Below, one piece after another: positions 39,152-44,053 of a stretch of DNA of 44,053 nt (position 1 is the stretch's first letter; each line of letters begins with the position of its first letter). The position numbers and the translations under genes were made by a program. This DNA is from Coriobacteriia bacterium (GTDB lineage: Bacteria; Actinomycetota; Coriobacteriia; Anaerosomatales; PALSA-660), in assembly GCA_025361445.1 (NCBI GenBank), contig JANYLP010000015.1, forward strand, positions 1-44,053. The letters are read 5' to 3'. A model generated the notes under the pieces. It saw only the letters and a program-made list of their open reading frames with translations. It searched no databases and was not told the DNA's origin.

Positions 39152-40000
39152 CTACGCTCGTACGGCGGCCTTGCGCATGCGGGATTCCGCGCGGGTCGCC
39201 CGCACGATGAGCCAGACGCCGACGACGACCATCGGCACGCTGAGCACCATACCCATGGTGACGTCGCCCGAATGCATGCCGAACTGGCTCGCCAGCGGTC
39301 TGAAGAACTCAACGAGCTGCTGATCCGGCTCACGGAAGAACTCGACGAAGATGCGGAAGATGCCGTAGAGCGTGAGCATCCATCCCACGAGGAGACCGTC
39401 CACGCGCCGCTTGCGCGCCAGGTAGAGCATCACGAGGAAGATCACGAGCCCCTCGAGGCCTGCCTCATACAGCTGCGACGGATGGCGCGCGCCGGGGCCG
39501 GCTCCGGGGAAGCCGGTGACGCCCCAGGCCACATCCGTCGTTCTCCCCCACAGCTCGCCGTTGACGAAGTTGGCCAGGCGACCGAAGAAGATGCCGATGG
39601 GCGCGCCGACCGCGCCGAGGTCGCACATCGTCAGGAACGAGACCTTGTAACGCCGCGCGAACCAGACGCCCGCGAGGAGTATCCCGACAAGCCCCCCGTG
39701 GAACGACATGCCGCCGTCCCATACCGCGAAGACTTTCAGGGGGTCGGCGAAGTACTTCCCCACGCCGTAGACGAGCACGTAGCCGAGTCGACCGCCGACG
39801 ATCACGCCGGCGACCGCAACGAGTACGGCGGTCATGAGCTTCTCGGGGCCGAGCCCCAACTTCCAGCGCTTGTCGAGGATCCCGGCCACCCACCATGCGG
39901 CCAGGAAGGCGACGACGTAGGCGAGGCCGTACCAGCGCACCGCGAGCGGCCCCAGCGTGAAGGCGATCGGGTCGATGTTCGGGTAGGCGAACGACGCCAT
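39152..40000 (-). CDS. lgt: Prolipoprotein diacylglyceryl transferase
   Basis: VRWYG, GGRLGYV, GGMSFHGG, GRLANFVNGELWGR, RHPSQLYE and RIFVEFFREPD motifs. Confidence 0.98.
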   Translation of the reverse strand: MASFAYPNIDPIAFTLGPLAVRWYGLAYVVAFLAAWWVAGILDKRWKLGLGPEKLMTAVLVAVAGVIVGGRLGYVLVYGVGKYFADPLKVFAVWDGGMSFHGGLVGILLAGVWFARRYKVSFLTMCDLGAVGAPIGIFFGRLANFVNGELWGRTTDVAWGVTGFPGAGPGARHPSQLYEAGLEGLVIFLVMLYLARKRRVDGLLVGWMLTLYGIFRIFVEFFREPDQQLVEFFRPLASQFGMHSGDVTMGMVLSVPMVVVGVWLIVRATRAESRMRKAAVRA

Positions 40001-40027
40001 CGCAGATGACCCTTCGGTCCGACGCGG

Positions 40028-40588
40028 CTAGAGAGTGACGGTGACCGGTTCGGAGGCGCTGGCCTCGATCTCGAAGTACGTGCGCTCCTCGAAGCCGAAG
40101 GCGCCGGCGATGAGGTTGGCGGGGAACTGCTGGACCGCCATGTTGAGAGTCATCACGGCGTCGTTGAAGAACTGGCGCGCGTAGGCGATCTTGCCCTCGG
40201 TGTCGACGAGCTGCGACTGGAGCGCGAGGAACGACGCATTGGCCTTCAGGTCCGGGTACGCCTCCGCCACCGCGAACAGGGACCGCAGAGTCGCCGTCAG
40301 GTGGTTCTCGGCGACCGTCCTGCCCTCGACGCCCGTGGCGTCCATGGCGGCCGCGCGCGCGGCGGTGACCTGCTCGAGCGTCTCGCGCTCGTGCGCGGCG
40401 TAGCCCTTGACCGTGGCGACGAGATTCGGGACAAGGTCGTAGCGGCGCTTGAGCTGGACGTCGATCTGCGCCCACGCGTTCTCGCACCGATTGCGCAGCG
40501 TGACGAGGCGGTTGTACGTCAGGGCCAGGAACGCCGTCCCCGCGAGGACGATGATCAGCGCACTGACGACTACAAGAGTCAGATCCAT
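40028..40588 (-). CDS. lemA: LemA family protein
   Basis: TM helix, then YNRLV..RN....AWAQIDVQLKRRYDLVPNLV, AEAYPDLKAN and QFPANL motifs. GGAGG RBS before ATG 40588. Confidence 0.95.
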   Translation of the reverse strand: MDLTLVVVSALIIVLAGTAFLALTYNRLVTLRNRCENAWAQIDVQLKRRYDLVPNLVATVKGYAAHERETLEQVTAARAAAMDATGVEGRTVAENHLTATLRSLFAVAEAYPDLKANASFLALQSQLVDTEGKIAYARQFFNDAVMTLNMAVQQFPANLIAGAFGFEERTYFEIEASASEPVTVTL

Positions 40589-40726
40589 GAGAACGTGACC
40601 TCCTGGGTCGCTTCCTGGCGGGATCGAAGAGGAGCGCGGGCCACTCGGGCGCTCGGCGCGACTAGGATACACTTCCCCCCGACCTTGAGAGACGCCCGCC
40701 GCGCGCAGCGGCGAGAAGAGGCCCGT

Positions 40727-41431
40727 GTGTTCCCACTGAAAGACGAGAACCCGACCTCGCGCACCGTCCTCGTGACGTGGCTCATCCTCGCGGCGAACGT
40801 GGCCGCCTTCCTGTGGGAGCTGTGGCTCCGGGCCAACGGAGGGGAAGCGGCACTGGCCGCCTTCATCCGGCAGTGGGCGTTCGACCCTTCGGCGCTCGCG
40901 GCATCGCCTCTGTCGCCCGGCGTGTGGCTCACCGTCCTGAGCTCGATGTTCCTGCACTCCGGATGGGTGCACATCGGCGGGAACATGCTCTATCTCGCCA
41001 TCTTCGCGAACAACATCGAGGACCGCCTCGGCCCGCTGCGCTTCCTCGCGTTCTACCTCGCGTGCGGCGTCGCGGCCGCACTCGCCCAGGCAGCGGGGTC
41101 GGGTTTCGCGCCCACTCCCATGCTCGGCGCTTCGGGCGCTGTCGCCGGCGTCCTTGGCGCCTATCTGTTGCTCTTCCCTCGAGCTCGTATCCTCACAGCC
41201 ATCTGGGTGTTCGTCTTCGTGGAGCTCGCCCGCCTGCCGGCCTGGATGCTGATCGGGCTGTGGTTCCTGATACAGCTCGGTTCCGGGCTTGCGACGATCG
41301 GGCCCGCAGCGAGCGCGGGCGGCGGCGTCGCGTACCTTGCGCATGTCGGCGGGTTCCTCGCGGGCATGGCGCTCATCGCCCCCGCGTGGCTGAGCGCGAG
41401 ACAGCGAGGCCGCTTCATCGCGTGGCGATGA
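40727..41431 (+). CDS. Rhomboid family intramembrane serine protease
   Basis: Begins (M)FPLKDENP; SMFLH.GWVH..GNM, GASGA catalytic Ser and AYLAHVGG catalytic His. Confidence 0.94.
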   Translation: MFPLKDENPTSRTVLVTWLILAANVAAFLWELWLRANGGEAALAAFIRQWAFDPSALAASPLSPGVWLTVLSSMFLHSGWVHIGGNMLYLAIFANNIEDRLGPLRFLAFYLACGVAAALAQAAGSGFAPTPMLGASGAVAGVLGAYLLLFPRARILTAIWVFVFVELARLPAWMLIGLWFLIQLGSGLATIGPAASAGGGVAYLAHVGGFLAGMALIAPAWLSARQRGRFIAWR

Positions 41432-41436
41432 TGGCA

Positions 41437-41445
41437 TGGTATCTT
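41437..41445 (+). promoter_or_regulatory. Extended -10 (TGgTATCTT); probable leaderless azlC transcript
   Basis: TGgTATCTT-ctcgcgc-ATG (7-nt spacer), no SD. Confidence 0.55.
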
Positions 41446-41452
41446 CTCGCGC

Positions 41453-42151
41453 ATGTCTGAGACGCACCCGGATATGACCGTACCCGCGCCCACAGCGAGC
41501 TTCGCTCGCGGCGTGAAGCTGGGTATGCCCGTCTTCCTCGGCTACATGGCCCTCGGCGCGGCCTTCGGGCTCATGGCGGTCTCGGCCGGCTTCTCGGTGC
41601 TGCAGGCCACCGCCTGCTCCGCGCTCGTCATCGCCGGTGCGGGCCAGTACCTCGCCATCCGCATGATCCCCGCAGGGGACCTCGCCGCGACTCTGCTCGC
41701 AACGGGCGTCGTCAACATGCGCTATCTGTTGTTCTCTGCCACGATGGCGCCGTATCTGCGAGGAGTGCCGCGCTGGCACCAGGGTCTGCTCGCATTCACC
41801 CTCACGGACGAAACCTTCGCCATCAACGCCGCCGATGCGCGAGCGGGCCGGGCCGACCGGTTCTCGATGCTCGGCGTGGGAGCCATCTCATGGCTCGGCT
41901 GGACACTCGGCACGTTGACCGGCTCGCTCGCGGGCAGCGCGATCGGTGACCCGAAGTCGTGGGGCGTGGAGTTCGCGCTGCCGGCCATGTTCATCGCACT
42001 TCTCATCGGTCAGCTGACCGGACGTCGCGAGATCCTCGCCGCCGGGCTTGCAGCGGTCGTCGCGCTGGCCTTGTCGCTCGTCGTCCCGCGGGACTGGGCG
42101 CTGGTCGCGGCAGCGGTAGTCGTGGCGACCGTTCTGACGGCGGTTCGGTGA
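41453..42151 (+). CDS. azlC: AzlC family branched-chain amino acid exporter, large subunit
   Basis: AGAGQY, NMRYLL.S, LTDETFA and FALPAMF motifs. Confidence 0.92.
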   Translation: MSETHPDMTVPAPTASFARGVKLGMPVFLGYMALGAAFGLMAVSAGFSVLQATACSALVIAGAGQYLAIRMIPAGDLAATLLATGVVNMRYLLFSATMAPYLRGVPRWHQGLLAFTLTDETFAINAADARAGRADRFSMLGVGAISWLGWTLGTLTGSLAGSAIGDPKSWGVEFALPAMFIALLIGQLTGRREILAAGLAAVVALALSLVVPRDWALVAAAVVVATVLTAVR

Positions 42152-42477
42152 TGGATCCCACTCTGGTCTGGGGACTCATCGCAGGCATGGCGATCACGAA
42201 CATCGTGGTTCGTGCGATGCCGATCGCCGTGATGTCCCGCTTCGAGTTGCCGGAAACGGTCAGGCGCTGGCTCTCCTACGTGCCCGTTTCGGTCATGGCG
42301 GCGATGGTCGCGCTCGAGGTGGTCAAGCCGGGCGACCGGTGGCAGATCACGCTCGCGAACCCCTATCTGCTCGCCGCGATCCCCACCGCGCTCGTCTATC
42401 GGTTCACGCGCAGCTTCCTCGGAGCGACCGTTGCCGGCATCGCCTCGTTTCTGGCGTTTCGATACCTGCTCGGGTAG
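42151..42477 (+). CDS. azlD: AzlD family small subunit
   Basis: Short hydrophobic ORF (GMAITNIVVRAMP...WLSYVPVSVMAA) overlapping the azlC stop. Confidence 0.85.
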   Translation: MDPTLVWGLIAGMAITNIVVRAMPIAVMSRFELPETVRRWLSYVPVSVMAAMVALEVVKPGDRWQITLANPYLLAAIPTALVYRFTRSFLGATVAGIASFLAFRYLLG

Positions 42478-42541
42478 GATTCGGGCACACTGAGGCGCCC
42501 GCGCGCCCTGCCGCTGGAAACCGAAGAGACGAAGAGGCATC

Positions 42542-43843
42542 GTGACTCGAATCCTGCCGTTCCGCGCCGTCCGCTACCTCCGACCGGACGGAAGCGACCT
42601 CTCATCGGTCGTGGCTCCGCCCTACGACGTGATCACGCCGGACGAGCGTGAGACGCTCCTTACGCGGGACGCGCACAACGTCGTCGCCCTTGAGCTGCCC
42701 GAGGGTTCGAAGGATCCGTCGGAGCCGGGGAATCGATACGAGACGGGTGCCCTGCGCTGGCGCGAGTGGATCGCGGGTGATGTTCTCGCCTTCGATGCCG
42801 CACCGGCCGTGTACGTCGCCGAGCAGCGGTTCATCGTTGAGGGACGGGAGGTCGCGCGGCGCGGATTCGTGGCAGCGGTCGGACTCGAGCCGTTCTCTGC
42901 GGGGGTCGTCCTTCCCCACGAGCGCACGCTTCCCAAGGCCCTCGACGACCGCCTGAGGCTGACGCGTTCCACGGCCGCCAACCTGAGCCAGGTCTTCGGG
43001 TTGTTCTCGGATCCGGGCCGGCAGACCGATGCGCTCTTCTCCGCGGCGATGGAGCAGCCGCCGCTCGCGACAGCGGAACTGGACGGCGTCACGTCGACAC
43101 TTTGGGCGCTTCGCGATCCCGCCGCCCACGCGGAGCTCGCCGCGTTCCTCGCCCAGCGGCCCGTCTACATCGCCGACGGACACCATCGCTACACCACCGC
43201 GCTCGCCTACCGAGACGAACGGCGAGCGGCAGAAGGAGAGCAGGCATCGCCGGACGCGGCCTTTGAGACGGTCATGATGGCGCTCGTGAACATGGACGAC
43301 CCGGGCCTCGTCGTGCTGCCGACCCATCGCGTGGCGGATGCGCCCGGCGGATTCCATCCGGATGCCTTCTGGTCCGCCCTCGCGGGACGCTTCGAGCTCG
43401 CCGACCTGCCCGACGGCGAACACGCCACTGCCGCTCTCGCGGCCGCGGCCGACCGTCCGAGCTACATCATCCGTACCAAGGACGGCACCACGCGACTCGC
43501 CCGCCTGCGCTCCGACGTCGACTTGTCGGAGGCGTATCCCGCCGAGTCTTCGAAGGCGTGGCGGACGCTCGACGTGGCAACGCTGCAGGAGCTCATCCTC
43601 TCGCCGCTGCTCGACATCCACCCGGACCGTCCCGCCACGCTCGAGCGGGTCAGCTTCGTCAAGGACGCCCACGCCGCCCTGGCCCTCGCGGGACAGCACG
43701 ACGTCGCGTTCGTGCTCAACGCGACGAGGATGGAGCAGGTGGCCGCGGTCGCTCTGCGTGGCGAGACGATGCCGCAGAAGTCGACCTACTTCTATCCGAA
43801 GTTGACGTCGGGACTGCTCTTCAAGTCGCTCGATACCCTCTAG
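42542..43843 (+). CDS. DUF1015 family protein
   Basis: PF.A.RY, APPYDVI, PHE.T, YIADGHHRY, LPTHR and MPQKSTYFYPK..SG motifs. Confidence 0.92.
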   Translation: MTRILPFRAVRYLRPDGSDLSSVVAPPYDVITPDERETLLTRDAHNVVALELPEGSKDPSEPGNRYETGALRWREWIAGDVLAFDAAPAVYVAEQRFIVEGREVARRGFVAAVGLEPFSAGVVLPHERTLPKALDDRLRLTRSTAANLSQVFGLFSDPGRQTDALFSAAMEQPPLATAELDGVTSTLWALRDPAAHAELAAFLAQRPVYIADGHHRYTTALAYRDERRAAEGEQASPDAAFETVMMALVNMDDPGLVVLPTHRVADAPGGFHPDAFWSALAGRFELADLPDGEHATAALAAAADRPSYIIRTKDGTTRLARLRSDVDLSEAYPAESSKAWRTLDVATLQELILSPLLDIHPDRPATLERVSFVKDAHAALALAGQHDVAFVLNATRMEQVAAVALRGETMPQKSTYFYPKLTSGLLFKSLDTL

Positions 43844-44053
43844 GCGGGCGTCACCGGCCCGGCCTTCGGGCCGCGGCGCGGAGTACCCACACCCTCTACG
43901 GAGCGCGTGACCATTCGCGGACACACCGAACCGATGCGACACTCGCCGCAGCGCGGCCTCGCGGGATGGCACCACTGCCGACCGATGAGCCATGTGGGCA
44001 GATCGAGTCTGCCGGGCGATACGGGCAGCGCTCGGGCCGCGGCCCGAGCGACC
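43840..44053 (-). CDS. C-terminal fragment of an endonuclease III-like (HhH-GPD) Fe-S protein, 5' part outside window
   Basis: Not in ORF track; manual translation gives ...PGRLDLPTWLIGRQWCHPARPRCGECRIGSVCPR...TPA*, containing the C-x6-C-x2-C-x5-C [4Fe-4S] motif. Confidence 0.8.
   Translation of the reverse strand, partial: VARAAARALPVSPGRLDLPTWLIGRQWCHPARPRCGECRIGSVCPRMVTRSVEGVGTPRRGPKAGPVTPA

Noticed and set aside
44029-44050. Palindrome cgctcgggccgcggcccgagcg as a terminator or repeat element
   Set aside because: It lies inside the EndoIII-like reading frame (ARAAARA), occurs once and has no U-tract.

Overview
GC-rich bacterial core-genome window, mostly transcribed from the minus strand, with no tRNA, rRNA, CRISPR array or mobile element visible. 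In transcription order (right to left) it carries lemA-lgt, a DUF3048 lipoprotein, pdxS-pdxT, yebC, ruvC-ruvA-ruvB with a LexA box, fhs-folD-UPF0016-queH, queA, tgt, yajC-HD protein-secD-secF, recJ, rel-MBL hydrolase-crcB, a stand-alone PAS protein, hisS-aspS, a 6S RNA, a Cys-less thioredoxin-fold lipoprotein, rarA, DUF948-RsbW-like-SigB/F-type sigma-AI-2E transporter, and alaS-ruvX-mltG. Plus-strand genes are an ECF sigma/zinc anti-sigma pair, a PHP hydrolase, a 1Fe superoxide reductase, rhomboid, azlCD and DUF1015. A partial endonuclease III-like Fe-S gene lies at the right edge. High GC, gene order, SOR/Fhs and a Gram-positive LexA box suggest an anaerobic deep-branching actinobacterium such as Coriobacteriia (inference). 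The most notable items are (1) a 1209-aa RecJ with a HIRAN domain and a RecQ-type helicase core inserted before its C-terminal domain, (2) a SecD with an approx. 100-aa FHA-like extracytoplasmic insertion, (3) a 6S RNA not shown by the ORF track, and (4) a SigB/F-type module whose anti-sigma factor has lost its kinase motifs.
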